DNA of 64,000 bases, from contig CBDCLE010000002.1 in assembly GCA_965218585.1 (NCBI GenBank), positions 416,001 through 480,000 on the forward strand, read 5' to 3'. The translations under genes and the position numbers were made by a program. Of this stretch, positions 38,262 through 48,045 are shown piece by piece. Source of the DNA: Terriglobia bacterium (GTDB taxonomy: Bacteria; Acidobacteriota; Terriglobia; 20CM-2-55-15). The notes beneath the pieces were generated by a model. That model searched no databases and had not been told where the DNA came from. It saw only the letters and a program-made list of their open reading frames with translations. Numbering within the stretch: the first letter of the stretch is position 1; every line of letters starts with the position of its first letter.

Positions 38262-39908
38262 TTGAAGTCCAAAAAGTCCAAAGACTCACCGTCTGCCGGC
38301 CTTGTCTCGTCCGAGGATGCGGCCAGAAAATTCCGCGCGCTGCTTCATCATGCCAACGACCTTGTCTACTCAGTTTCGATCGATCCGGATGAGCGCACAT
38401 GGCGGTTGGAGTTCCTCAGCGACCGCATTTTTGACTTCAGCGGATGCCGCGCCGATGAATTTATACAGGGAGGGCCTGCGGGTACGGGGGGGCCCTTCGG
38501 TTTGGCGAACCCCGAGGAGCATCCGTTTGAATTAATTCATCCCGAGGACCTGGACAAGGCGATGGAGGAGACACGACTACTGACCCAGGGCCAACGCGTC
38601 GTTCGGGAATACCGCATTCGTAACAAGAACACAGGAGAGTACCGGTCGGTCGAGGACCGTTCCGAACCGGAACTCGACACCAAAGGGAGAGTCATTGGAA
38701 TCTGGGGGATCGTTCGCGACATCAGTGAGCGACAACAACTCGAGCAGCAGCTCCTGCAGTCTCAAAAGATGGAAGCGGTTGGACGTCTGGCCGGGGGAAT
38801 TGCGCACGACTTCAATAACATCCTGACTGTGATTCTGGGCCTCACCGAGACGCTTATCGCGGACCTGTCCGCTATCGAAGACACAGACACGTTGAGGGAA
38901 GACGCCCGGACCGTTCGGAAGGAGGCAGCACGGGCGGCGTCGCTGACTCAGCAATTGCTGGCCTTCAGCAGGAAACAATTGTTGCAGCCCCGGCCCATGA
39001 GTCTGGGTCGCGTCGTCGAAGACATGCAAGTGATGCTCGAGCGACTCATCGGTGAGGACATCGAGATGTGGATCCAGCCCGGGGAATCCTCAACGGTCCG
39101 GGCCGATCCAGCACAGATTCAACAGGTGTTGATGAACCTCGTTGTCAACACACGGGAGGCGATGCCCGAAGGTGGACGCCTGATTATAGAAACCGCCGAC
39201 GTGGATCTGGATGCGAACTATGCCAATGGGAGAGTGGGCGTTCGGGCCGGGCCTTACGTCATGCTGGCGGTCAGCGACACGGGTATCGGTATGGATTCGG
39301 ACACGCTTCGGCAAGCGTTTGATCCTTTCTTCACCACCCGTGTGGGTGGCACAGGCCTGGGCTTGTCGACCGCCTACGGCATCGTCAAACAGAGTGGTGG
39401 CAACGTCTGGGCCTACAGTGAACTGGAGAAGGGTACGACGATCAAAGTTTACCTTCCCCGGGTCGATCAACCTGAAATTGTTGGAATGAAATCCAGGCCG
39501 GAATCTGGGGAAGCGGACGGCGGGCTCCATGGAACTGAGACGGTCCTCGTGGTCGAAGATGAAGAGGGAGTTCGTCGCCTGATGCGCAAGACACTCGAGT
39601 CCTTCGGATATGACGTGATCGATGCCCCAGATGGTCTCGAGGCGTGCAGGATGGCCGAAGCCTTCGCCGAACCCATTGATCTGCTCCTGACGGACCTTGT
39701 CATGCCCCGTATGAGTGGTCTGGAACTGGCGCGCCGCATCCGTCAGGATAGGCCTGAGATTCAGATACTCTATACCTCCGGTTATACCGAAGGGTTTGTC
39801 AAACAGGATGCGGACCGCGAAGAACTAGACAGCGCGTTTATCGAAAAGCCATTCACCCGAACCAGTCTCGCACGGCGTGTCCGCGACGTGCTTTCAGCCA
39901 AAGTTTGA
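38262..39908 (+). CDS. PAS-domain hybrid sensor histidine kinase (CckA-like)
   Basis: PAS/PAC, GGIAHDFNNIL H-box, DTGIGM, GTGLGL, C-terminal receiver (VVEDE, DLVMP, KPF). Confidence 0.95.
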   Translation: MKSKKSKDSPSAGLVSSEDAARKFRALLHHANDLVYSVSIDPDERTWRLEFLSDRIFDFSGCRADEFIQGGPAGTGGPFGLANPEEHPFELIHPEDLDKAMEETRLLTQGQRVVREYRIRNKNTGEYRSVEDRSEPELDTKGRVIGIWGIVRDISERQQLEQQLLQSQKMEAVGRLAGGIAHDFNNILTVILGLTETLIADLSAIEDTDTLREDARTVRKEAARAASLTQQLLAFSRKQLLQPRPMSLGRVVEDMQVMLERLIGEDIEMWIQPGESSTVRADPAQIQQVLMNLVVNTREAMPEGGRLIIETADVDLDANYANGRVGVRAGPYVMLAVSDTGIGMDSDTLRQAFDPFFTTRVGGTGLGLSTAYGIVKQSGGNVWAYSELEKGTTIKVYLPRVDQPEIVGMKSRPESGEADGGLHGTETVLVVEDEEGVRRLMRKTLESFGYDVIDAPDGLEACRMAEAFAEPIDLLLTDLVMPRMSGLELARRIRQDRPEIQILYTSGYTEGFVKQDADREELDSAFIEKPFTRTSLARRVRDVLSAKV

Positions 39909-39966
39909 CCTATCGTTTCCTGGCATCGCGTGATGGGGGACGTGGATTACATAGCGAGAGGCATCT

Positions 39967-40770
39967 GTGATTGCGCAAGTTGGTAAAGACAAGAAGGTTT
40001 TCTACACAGCAGAAGGTTCCGGCCCCGAAATTCTTTTCTTACACGGCGCCGCCTCCGATGCCGATACACTGGAGCCGCTCGTCGGAGAACTCCGAGGCGA
40101 CTATCGCTGCATCGTCTTAGATCGGCTCGGGTACAGGCGATCCACGCGGCTCAAAGAGAACACCACGATCGAAGAACAGGCGATCGCTGTCGATGCAGTG
40201 CTTGGCGAAGCCGCCTCCGGACCGGTCTGGATGTTTGGCCATTCTTCGGGTGGGAACGTTGCGCTCGGCTATACAAGCCTGTTTCCCGAAAGAGTCCGGG
40301 GACTGGTTGTGATGGAACCCGCGCTATACGCGTTGTATGCGGAGGAGTCCACTCCACCACCGCTTGTGCGGATGAAGGAAGAGATTATCCCTATGTTTCA
40401 GGGCGGTGACATCGAAGACGGGATCAGGAGATTCATGGATCACTTGGACCTCTTACACGACACCAAGGTTGAGGTCGCCCTCACGTCTTCCGACAAAGGG
40501 ATAGACAACTGGCTTCCGCTCAGGCATGAGTTCGAGTTCGCACTCGGCTGGCCCGAGTCCAGATCGCCGATTCGCCTGGTTGATCACCCCGCGCTCGTGA
40601 TTAAGGGAGGGCGAACCACTCCACTTCTCCAGGGCGCGTCCGAAATTCTGGCCCAGACTCTGCCGAAAGCCCGGCTCGTGACATTGGACAATTGCGATCA
40701 TCTCGCGCCGCTCATGCAACCCGCTCTGGTTGCAGAACAGATCTCGAATTTCGTCAGGAATCATGACTAG
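39967..40770 (+). CDS. Alpha/beta hydrolase
   Basis: FLHG, DRLGY, GHSSGG nucleophile elbow, C-terminal His. Confidence 0.9.
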   Translation: MIAQVGKDKKVFYTAEGSGPEILFLHGAASDADTLEPLVGELRGDYRCIVLDRLGYRRSTRLKENTTIEEQAIAVDAVLGEAASGPVWMFGHSSGGNVALGYTSLFPERVRGLVVMEPALYALYAEESTPPPLVRMKEEIIPMFQGGDIEDGIRRFMDHLDLLHDTKVEVALTSSDKGIDNWLPLRHEFEFALGWPESRSPIRLVDHPALVIKGGRTTPLLQGASEILAQTLPKARLVTLDNCDHLAPLMQPALVAEQISNFVRNHD

Positions 40771-40802
40771 AAAATCGGGTCAGACCCCTATGTCCCTATT
40801 TT
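40771..40802. repeat. REP-like palindromic repeat
   Basis: AAAATCGGGTCAGACCCCTATGTCCCTATTTT fills the gap between convergent genes; near-identical to the reverse complement of 27607-27638. Confidence 0.8.
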
Positions 40803-42040
40803 TAATCTATTGATTCAATTACCTTTTCCAGCAAAGGGTCGATGGCGTTGCCCTGTATCCAACGGGCCACTACTACCAGATCGTTGACTGGATCGACGTA
40901 TACCATGTTGGTCCCGTTCCCGATGTGGGCATAGGCTTCGTCCGGGGCGCTGGGATAGCGCTTCTGGCCGTTCGAGCCGGGCACGTTGAGGAAATAGTTC
41001 ATAAAGCCGTAACCCGGCTCTGGTGTCGATGGGGTCGTAGCCATGTCGAACCATTCATCCGGCAGCAGTTGTTCGCCGTTCCAGTTACCGCGACGGAGGG
41101 TGAACAGACCCAACCGGGCCTGGTCCCGGGCGCTCAGGAACATGCCGCCGCCCCAGTGGCCACCCCCACTGACGCTTTGGACTCTCTTGCCGTTCAGTGT
41201 GATCCAGGAATTTTCGTATCCGTGCCAACGCCAGGTGCTGGATGCGCCGATTGGGTCCATGACCCGTCGACGGAGGACATCCGGGAGTGATTCTTGCCAC
41301 ACTTGAGTTGTCAGCAGTGCGAGCAGGTTCACACGGGTATCGTTGTACTCGTAGACGGTACCGGGTTCCGGTCGGTACATGTCCATCCACGTCGATCGGT
41401 CCTGGGCCGGCCGATCGGCCCAGTCTGGTTTGCCCCAGAGCGTACCTCGCCAGGCACTGTTCTGTTGAAGCAAGTTTCGCCAGGAAATTTTTCGATTGTG
41501 GTCGTCTTCGAACAGCGTCACGGGTTCGTGCGAATACGTCCGTTCACCAACATTCCGTTCACCGTCGCCCAGGGGAAGCAGGACGGGTGCCATGTAAGGT
41601 GAGACGGCGTCATCAATATCGGCGATCAAGCCGTCGGCCCATGCGAGGCCTACCGTTGTCGACAGAAAGCTCTTGGTCACCGAGTGGGTCATGTCCACAC
41701 GGAGTGGGTCCCCCCATTCGGCCACGATGTAGCCGTTGCGGATGATGATACCCACCGCGTCCCCCCGGGTCCGAAAAGGCCCGATCGCTTCCCCATGGGG
41801 CTCACGGCCGAAGCTGAGTAGTTGCGATAACGCCATGTCGGGGGAGACCTCGGTCTCTCCGTCGATAGCCATCTGGACCGCTTCCTCGACGAGCGTAGCA
41901 TCCATGCCGACTTCCCCGGGTCGACGCGTTTCCCAGTCGTGCTGTTCCGGTGTGTACTGCGCGTCCACCCCCAGTGGCAGCATCAACAGAATCAGCAGAA
42001 GCGCTGTGTGGATTAATGGTTTCGGACGAAGTTCAGTCAT
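40802..42040 (-). CDS. Secreted serine hydrolase (beta-lactamase class C-like)
   Basis: Signal peptide; SVTK (SxxK), PGTVYEYND, SARDQARLG. Confidence 0.9.
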   Translation of the reverse strand: MTELRPKPLIHTALLLILLMLPLGVDAQYTPEQHDWETRRPGEVGMDATLVEEAVQMAIDGETEVSPDMALSQLLSFGREPHGEAIGPFRTRGDAVGIIIRNGYIVAEWGDPLRVDMTHSVTKSFLSTTVGLAWADGLIADIDDAVSPYMAPVLLPLGDGERNVGERTYSHEPVTLFEDDHNRKISWRNLLQQNSAWRGTLWGKPDWADRPAQDRSTWMDMYRPEPGTVYEYNDTRVNLLALLTTQVWQESLPDVLRRRVMDPIGASSTWRWHGYENSWITLNGKRVQSVSGGGHWGGGMFLSARDQARLGLFTLRRGNWNGEQLLPDEWFDMATTPSTPEPGYGFMNYFLNVPGSNGQKRYPSAPDEAYAHIGNGTNMVYVDPVNDLVVVARWIQGNAIDPLLEKVIESID

Positions 42041-42060
42041 CGCAGCCTCCGGGAAAGGGG

Positions 42061-42091
42061 AAAAAGGGGCCAGACCCCTCTGTCCCTATTT
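42061..42091. repeat. REP-like palindromic repeat (diverged copy)
   Basis: AAAAAGGGGCCAGACCCCTCTGTCCCTATTT matches the 40771 copy at 27 of 31 positions. Confidence 0.7.
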
Positions 42092-42228
42092 ATGCTTAGG
42101 ATTTGAGCAGTATGAAGGTGAAAAGTGGAGAAAAACTCTTTTCTCGACCTGAATCTGCTGAATCAGGTCCGGATCGACCTGGCCGTTACCGAAGCCCTGA
42201 CGCGTGTCCTGCCGGAGTCGGAATTCTA

Positions 42229-43036
42229 GAGCGTGTTAACACTAATGAGCATGAATGTTTTATAATCAGGCATGGAGATCACACAGGAGCAGTATTGTCG
42301 CATCGAGCCGGAACTGCCGCGTCAGCGGGGCAACGTCAGTCTTTCGAACCTGACGGTCTTGAACGCCATTTTGTATGTGGCTGAGCAGGGCTGCAAGTGG
42401 CGCGGTCTGCCCAAGCGCTTTGGCAACTGGCACACCATCTACACCCGGATGAACCGCTGGTCCAAGAACGGGGTGCTCGACGCCGTCTTCGAAAAACTCC
42501 AGCGCGAGCAACTGGTGCGCATCCGGGTGGAAGCCGTTTCGATGGACTCGACCATTGTGAAGGTGCATCCCGACGGCACGGGAGCGTTAAAAAAAACGGT
42601 CCGCAAGCGATCGGCAAATCCCGCGGTGGATGGACCACCAAGATTCATCTGGTTGCCGCGAATGCTCGAACGGCGATAACGTTTGCGCTCTCGCCCGGCC
42701 AAGCGCACGACGCCCCGCAGGGCCGCGATCTGCTCGCCGGCCTGGGGCCGTTGCCCGCGCCGCTGCCGCTGCTGATGGACCGTGCCTACCAGGACGACCA
42801 GACCCGCCAATTGGCTCTGGATTTTGGGTGGATTCCCGTCGTGCCGCCCAAGCGCAACCGCCTGGAGCCGTGGGAATACGACCGCGTGCTCTACCGCCGC
42901 AGGAACGAAGTCGAGAGGCTCTTCCGCCGACTCAAGGGTTTTCGGCGTATCTTCTCCCGTTTCGATAAACTCGACGTCATGTTCCTCGCCTTCCTTCACT
43001 TCGCACTCATCGTCGAGGCACTACGTTAACACGCTC
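42229..43036 (+). mobile_element. IS5-family (IS427-type) insertion sequence, 808 bp
   Basis: 12-bp perfect TIRs GAGCGTGTTAAC (42229-42240) / GTTAACACGCTC (43025-43036), flanked by a TA duplication within CTAG. Confidence 0.93.
42272..43029 (+). CDS. IS5-family transposase (orfA/orfB joined by -1 frameshift)
   Basis: orfA GCKWRGLPKRFGNWHTIYTR...DSTIVKVH; orfB GKSRGGWTTKIH...DRAY...YRRRNEVERLF in the -1 frame; A8 tract at 42589-42596. Confidence 0.92.
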
Positions 43037-43235
43037 TAGTCATAAACCGCAGGTCGCCGAGTCCGATCTTGCAACAGATATCCAAGAATCCTTCCTCAGA
43101 TTCCCTTTCCGACTGCGATCTGGCATCACACGCAAATCGGTGATAACCTTCCGAAAAGTCTCGGTCTGACCCTGCGATGCGTGCGCGCGCCGGTGTCAGG
43201 CTCGGCCGAGCAATAAGCTTTTTCCGGGAGACAGA

Positions 43236-43694
43236 ATGCCTTACACACTCACGATAAATGGAAACACGACGACCCTCGACGTGCCCGAGAACATGCCTCT
43301 TCTATGGGTGCTTCGCGACGTTCTCAAGATCAAGGGAACGAAGTTTGGTTGCGGTGTGGGTTCATGCGGAGCCTGCACCGTCAATGTCGGAGGTCAAGCC
43401 GTACGTGCCTGTCAGACGCGGGTTTCTACCGTCAGCGCGGCAGTGACAACTCTGGAAGGTCTGTCCGAGGACGGATCTCATCCTCTGCAGCAGGCGTGGA
43501 TGGAATTGGATGTTCCCCAGTGTGGATACTGTCAGGCCGGCCAGATCATGTCGGCTGCAGCGCTGCTGGAGACCACTCCCGACCCGACCGACGAACAGAT
43601 AGACGCGGCGATGGACGGCAACGTCTGCCGCTGCGGGACCTACATGCGCATTCGCCAGGCGATTCACCTCGCTGCGAACGGCCCGAACAGGTAA
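43236..43694 (+). CDS. Isoquinoline 1-oxidoreductase alpha-like 2Fe-2S subunit
   Basis: [33 protein letters not shown]. Confidence 0.95.
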   Translation: MPYTLTINGNTTTLDVPENMPLLWVLRDVLKIKGTKFGCGVGSCGACTVNVGGQAVRACQTRVSTVSAAVTTLEGLSEDGSHPLQQAWMELDVPQCGYCQAGQIMSAAALLETTPDPTDEQIDAAMDGNVCRCGTYMRIRQAIHLAANGPNR

Positions 43695-43704
43695 GGGGGC
43701 GATT

Positions 43705-45963
43705 ATGAAAGCGAAAACAAAGAAAACACAGATCGATCGCCGCACTTTCCTGAAAGCAACGACGTTGGCCGGCGGCGGCGTTATGCTCGGCCTGTATACC
43801 ACGACAGACGTTCTGTCCCAGGGCCGGGGTGGCCGGGGTGGGCAGCCCCAGGCCCCACCGACTCCAGACACATACATCACGATCAATCCCGACAACACGT
43901 TCACGATCATCGCCAAGAACCCGGAAACCGGCCAGGGCATCAAGAACACGTTGCCCATGATCGTTGCCGATGAGTTCGACGTGGACTGGGAGCAGGTGGT
44001 AGTTCAGCAGGCTGATCTGGACCCGAAATATGGAAGGCAGATCGAGGGCGGCAGCACGGCTATTCCCCAAAACTACGACACGATGCGCCAGGTTGGGGCG
44101 ACCGGACGCGCTTTGATGGTCGAAGCCGCGGCCCAGACATTGAACGTTCCTGCCAGGGAACTCACGACAGGCTCGGGCGTTGTCACACACCGAGCATCCG
44201 GGCGAAACGCCACCTACGCTTCACTGGCTGGGGCAGCGGCAGCAATGACGCCGCCGACGGGTGTTGATCTGAAAGACCCTGCGGACTTCAAGATCATCGG
44301 ACAGTCCATCCCCGGAGTGGAAAACTTCGAGATCGTTACCGGGAAACCCATCTTCAGCATCGACGTCGAGCCCGAAGGCATGCTCTATGCCGCTTTCCAG
44401 AGATGTCCGGTGTTTGGCGGGATTGCCGTAGACGCGAATCTGGATGAGATCGGGGCGCTTCCCGGCATTCGGCATGCGTTCATCGTGGATGCAGCTGGAG
44501 AAGGCCGCAACACTCTCGATTCGGGCGTGGCGATCGTTGCCGACATGTGGTGGCAAGCCAATATGGCCCGCAATCAGCTACAGGTAAACTGGGACGAAGG
44601 TCCTGTTGCAGGAGAAAGCAGCACGGGGTACGAGGCCCAGGCCCAGGGTCTGTCTTCGAGGGCATCCCAACCACCCGCGGGTGGAGGCCGAGGCGACGCC
44701 AACATTGGCGACGTCGAAACCGCCTTCGCGAACGCTGCCCAAGTCGTGGAAGCCGAGTATTACTTCCCGCTGTTGTCCCACGCGCCGCTCGAGCCGCAGA
44801 ACTCAACGGCTCATTTCAAGGAAGACGGCACACTGGAAATCTGGTCGCCGAGTCAGATCCCCAATCTTGCTGCACCGGCTCTGGGAGCCGGTATCGATAA
44901 CTCCGCTGTAACGATGCACATGGTGAGGGCCGGCGGTGGTTTCGGACGGCGTCTGACCAGCGACTACGACGTCCAGGTCGGCAAGATCGCGCGGGTCGTT
45001 ACCGACGAACGTGCGGGGGCAGGGCTGCCCAGCGTTCCCGTGAAGCTCTTGTGGACACGGGAAGACGACATGGCTCACGACCAGTACAGGCCCGCAGGCT
45101 TTCACCACTTCAAGGCAGGTCTGGACCGAAACGGGAGAGTTACCGCTTTCCGCGATTTCGTACCGAGCGTCAGCTCGGTTGTGCCCGCCAACGAATTCCC
45201 CAGGGGATACGTGCCCAACTTCATGACGAGTTCGGCCGACATCACCCCTTTCAGTATTCCGACAGGCGCCATGCGGGCGCCGAGTACCAACGGGATCTCC
45301 TTCGTCATGCAGTCGTTCATCGATGAATTGGCGGTGGCTGCTGGACAGGATCCACTGCAGTTCCGTTTGGACATGTTGGCCAATCCGGTGCCGGAAGCCG
45401 ACCCCGGGGGCGATGGCTTTGGCGGGCGGTTCAACGGGGAGCGTGCAGCCGGAGTCGTTCGGGCGGTGAGAGACATGTCGGATTGGGACAATGTCCGTAC
45501 CAGTCTTCCAGACGGGCGGGGAATGGGCGTGGCCTTCCAGTTTGCACACGCCGGATACTTCGCCTGGGTTGTAGATCTGAGCGTCGGCGAGAACAGGCGG
45601 TTGACCATTCACAGGGCATGGTGTGCGGGGGACATCGGACGTCAAATCGTCAATCCCAGCCGGGCACGCAACCTTGTCGAGGGTGGGTTCATCGAAGCCC
45701 TCAGTCACATGATGGCCTGGGAGATCACCATCGAAGGGGGAAGTGTCCAGCAGAGCAATTTCCCCCAATATCAGCCCACGCGAATGTCGCACGCGCCGGC
45801 GGAAATCGGCGTCCGGTTCCTGGAGACTGATTTCAGCCTCACTGGACTGGGCGAACCGGCTCTCCCGCCGGCCGTTCCAGCAGTCTCGAATGCGATCTTT
45901 GATGCGTCGGGTGTCCGCGTCCGCTCGCTTCCGCTCATGAAGGAAGGGTACGGCTGGACGTAG
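43705..45963 (+). CDS. Isoquinoline 1-oxidoreductase beta-like molybdopterin subunit, Tat-exported
   Basis: DRRTFLK Tat motif, ETGQGI, GGGFGRR, WTREDD, SFIDELA, GLGEP. Confidence 0.93.
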   Translation: MKAKTKKTQIDRRTFLKATTLAGGGVMLGLYTTTDVLSQGRGGRGGQPQAPPTPDTYITINPDNTFTIIAKNPETGQGIKNTLPMIVADEFDVDWEQVVVQQADLDPKYGRQIEGGSTAIPQNYDTMRQVGATGRALMVEAAAQTLNVPARELTTGSGVVTHRASGRNATYASLAGAAAAMTPPTGVDLKDPADFKIIGQSIPGVENFEIVTGKPIFSIDVEPEGMLYAAFQRCPVFGGIAVDANLDEIGALPGIRHAFIVDAAGEGRNTLDSGVAIVADMWWQANMARNQLQVNWDEGPVAGESSTGYEAQAQGLSSRASQPPAGGGRGDANIGDVETAFANAAQVVEAEYYFPLLSHAPLEPQNSTAHFKEDGTLEIWSPSQIPNLAAPALGAGIDNSAVTMHMVRAGGGFGRRLTSDYDVQVGKIARVVTDERAGAGLPSVPVKLLWTREDDMAHDQYRPAGFHHFKAGLDRNGRVTAFRDFVPSVSSVVPANEFPRGYVPNFMTSSADITPFSIPTGAMRAPSTNGISFVMQSFIDELAVAAGQDPLQFRLDMLANPVPEADPGGDGFGGRFNGERAAGVVRAVRDMSDWDNVRTSLPDGRGMGVAFQFAHAGYFAWVVDLSVGENRRLTIHRAWCAGDIGRQIVNPSRARNLVEGGFIEALSHMMAWEITIEGGSVQQSNFPQYQPTRMSHAPAEIGVRFLETDFSLTGLGEPALPPAVPAVSNAIFDASGVRVRSLPLMKEGYGWT

Positions 45964-46006
45964 GGGTTAACCCTCGGCTGTCAGTTGATAGTTGAATTTT
46001 CATCAG

Positions 46007-46056
46007 GGGCGGAGGCGGATTTCTGAATCGAGTGGAATCCGCCCCGTCCTTTTTTT
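46007..46056 (+). terminator. Intrinsic terminator after the iorAB-like genes
   Basis: GGGCGGAGGCGGATT...AATCCGCCCCGTCC stem followed by T7. Confidence 0.7.
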
Positions 46057-46063
46057 GAAGCTA

Positions 46064-46435
46064 ATGAAGAGTTGGAACAGGGTATTGCCGCTGCTGCTCG
46101 TTCTTGTAATGGCTTCGTGTGCGCCGGGGACTGAAGCCATAATGCCAACCGTCACGATCTCTCCCGAGCGTGTTTCCGTTCTCGGGCACACGGCCGTCCA
46201 GGGGATGGGTTTCACACCTAATCAGAATGTGACCTCGCATCTTCTCAGGCCCGATGGGACCGAGTTTCCGGTTCTGCCGATTCTTACCGACGCTCAAGGT
46301 GAGTTTAAACACGACATCGACACGCTGGTGCTCTCAGTCGGTATGCACGAACTGTGGGTCGTAGATGACGTGACGAACGTATCTTCGAACGTCGCGCGAT
46401 TCCAGGTGACCCGCGACCAGCCGCCGGCTGAATAG
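46064..46435 (+). CDS. Hypothetical lipoprotein (Ig-like)
   Basis: Lipobox MASC; GMGFTPN, TDAQGEF beta-sandwich-like pattern. Confidence 0.7.
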   Translation: MKSWNRVLPLLLVLVMASCAPGTEAIMPTVTISPERVSVLGHTAVQGMGFTPNQNVTSHLLRPDGTEFPVLPILTDAQGEFKHDIDTLVLSVGMHELWVVDDVTNVSSNVARFQVTRDQPPAE

Positions 46436-46463
46436 ACGACAACGAACTCAAGAGGACATAAAA

Positions 46464-47048
46464 ATGGCTTTCATTCGACTAGTCGAAAAGGATGAGGTTC
46501 CACCCGAAGTACGGGCTGTTTTTGAATCGGGCGAGGAGAGATACGGAAAGGTCTTGAACACGTGGCGTGCCGTTGCCCACAACCCGGGCGTGTTTCAAGC
46601 CTACCTCCCTTACCTGATGGCGGTCTTCGGACCCGGTGCCGTCAATCAACGTATCAAAGATCTGACGGCGGTCCGCGTCGGCCTCCTCAATCACTGTCGT
46701 TACACTGTAAGTCATCGAGTGAACTCGTCACGGGCTCAGGGCATTCCCGACGCCGATCTGATCGGCTTGCTCAATCCCCAGGAGCATGACTTTTCGGCTG
46801 CCGAGAAAGCGGCGATCGCTTTTGCCGAAGAACTGACGACCGAGGTTGACGACATCAGCTACGCCGATAACCCACAGGGCGTCAGTGCTGGAACCCTCAA
46901 GGGGCTCAAGGAACACTATTCGGATACCGAGATTGCCGAACTGACGCTTTCGATCAGCCTCTGGAACGCCTTGACCCGCTTCCATCGCGTCATGGACCTG
47001 GAACTGGACATGCCGGCGCCACCCCCGGAGTTGGATTCGGCGCTTTGA
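46464..47048 (+). CDS. Carboxymuconolactone decarboxylase/AhpD-like protein
   Basis: N..RAVAHNP, RVGLLNHCRYTVSH, EKAAIAFAEELT, NALTRF; GAGGA RBS. Confidence 0.88.
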   Translation: MAFIRLVEKDEVPPEVRAVFESGEERYGKVLNTWRAVAHNPGVFQAYLPYLMAVFGPGAVNQRIKDLTAVRVGLLNHCRYTVSHRVNSSRAQGIPDADLIGLLNPQEHDFSAAEKAAIAFAEELTTEVDDISYADNPQGVSAGTLKGLKEHYSDTEIAELTLSISLWNALTRFHRVMDLELDMPAPPPELDSAL

Positions 47049-47110
47049 TCCCGGCTGCGATTCCGTCCGGGCACGAAGACGACCCTGCGACGATGCGAGA
47101 GAGGTGAAGG

Positions 47111-48037
47111 ATGATCAAGATCAGGGACGTTGCTTATGTTCGGTTGCGTGCGCCCGATCTGGACAAGATGGAAGAATTCCTGACCGATTTCGGCATGGTG
47201 CCCTCGGCCCGCACCGAGAATGCCCTGTACATGCGCGGCACTGATCAGGCTCACCACATCCATATTACCGAGCGCGGCGACCCGAAATTTGTGGGGATCG
47301 GCTTCTACGCCGCCTCGGAGGATGATCTGGTGACGTTGAGTCAGGCCGACGGGTCGAGCACGGTGCACGATATCGAGGAGCCGGGGGGCGGCAAGCGCGT
47401 TCAACTCACCGACCCGGACGGAAACCTGGTTGAGGTGATTTACGGCATCGAGACAGCGGCCGAAATGCCGGTTTCACAGGCACAGACGCCGAATTTCGGC
47501 ACGGGGCGCAACCGCTTCGGAGAATTCGTACGCAACGAAAAGGGTCCGGCCCAGGTCAAAAGGCTGGGCCATGTCCTCCTGGTGACGCCTCAGTTACCGG
47601 CTCTGACCGACTTCTATCGCGGCCATCTTGGTCTGCTGCCGTCGGATGAAGTCTACGATGGGGACAAATCCAACCTTGTCGCCACCTTCAACCGGGTCGA
47701 CCGGGGGGACGAATATGTCGATCACCATACCCTGGTCCCGGTTGCCCATCCGGAAAAAGCCGGCCTGCAGCATGCCGCTTTCGAGGTCGAGAACATCGAC
47801 GCCGAGATGCTTGGCCATGAGCATCTGAGGGCTAAGGGCTATCGCCACAGTTGGGGGATCGGGCGTCATTTTATGGGCAGCCAGATTTTTGATTATTGGT
47901 ACGATCCTTACGGCTTTATGGTCGAGCATTTCATCGACGGGGACATGCTCAATGCCGAAGCCGAACCGGGTCTCGGATCGCTGGATACCGCTTTGGGCGT
48001 CCAGTGGGGCCCGGCGGTTCCCGAAGATTTTCTCTGA
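47111..48037 (+). CDS. VOC/glyoxalase-family extradiol dioxygenase-like protein
   Basis: Two VOC domains; RLGHV, DHHTL, HAAFEV, WGIGRHFMGSQIFDYWYDPYGFMVEH. Confidence 0.9.
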   Translation: MIKIRDVAYVRLRAPDLDKMEEFLTDFGMVPSARTENALYMRGTDQAHHIHITERGDPKFVGIGFYAASEDDLVTLSQADGSSTVHDIEEPGGGKRVQLTDPDGNLVEVIYGIETAAEMPVSQAQTPNFGTGRNRFGEFVRNEKGPAQVKRLGHVLLVTPQLPALTDFYRGHLGLLPSDEVYDGDKSNLVATFNRVDRGDEYVDHHTLVPVAHPEKAGLQHAAFEVENIDAEMLGHEHLRAKGYRHSWGIGRHFMGSQIFDYWYDPYGFMVEHFIDGDMLNAEAEPGLGSLDTALGVQWGPAVPEDFL

Positions 48038-48045
48038 GAAAGAGG

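Noticed and set aside
7654-42091. The palindromic repeats as a CRISPR array or integron attC sites
   Set aside because: They are dispersed rather than tandem with spacers; no cas or integrase gene and no consistent RYYYAAC/GTTRRRY ends were seen.
46464-47048. Selenoprotein-type CMD with UGA read-through
   Set aside because: There is no in-frame TGA; the second Cys position is ACT (Thr).
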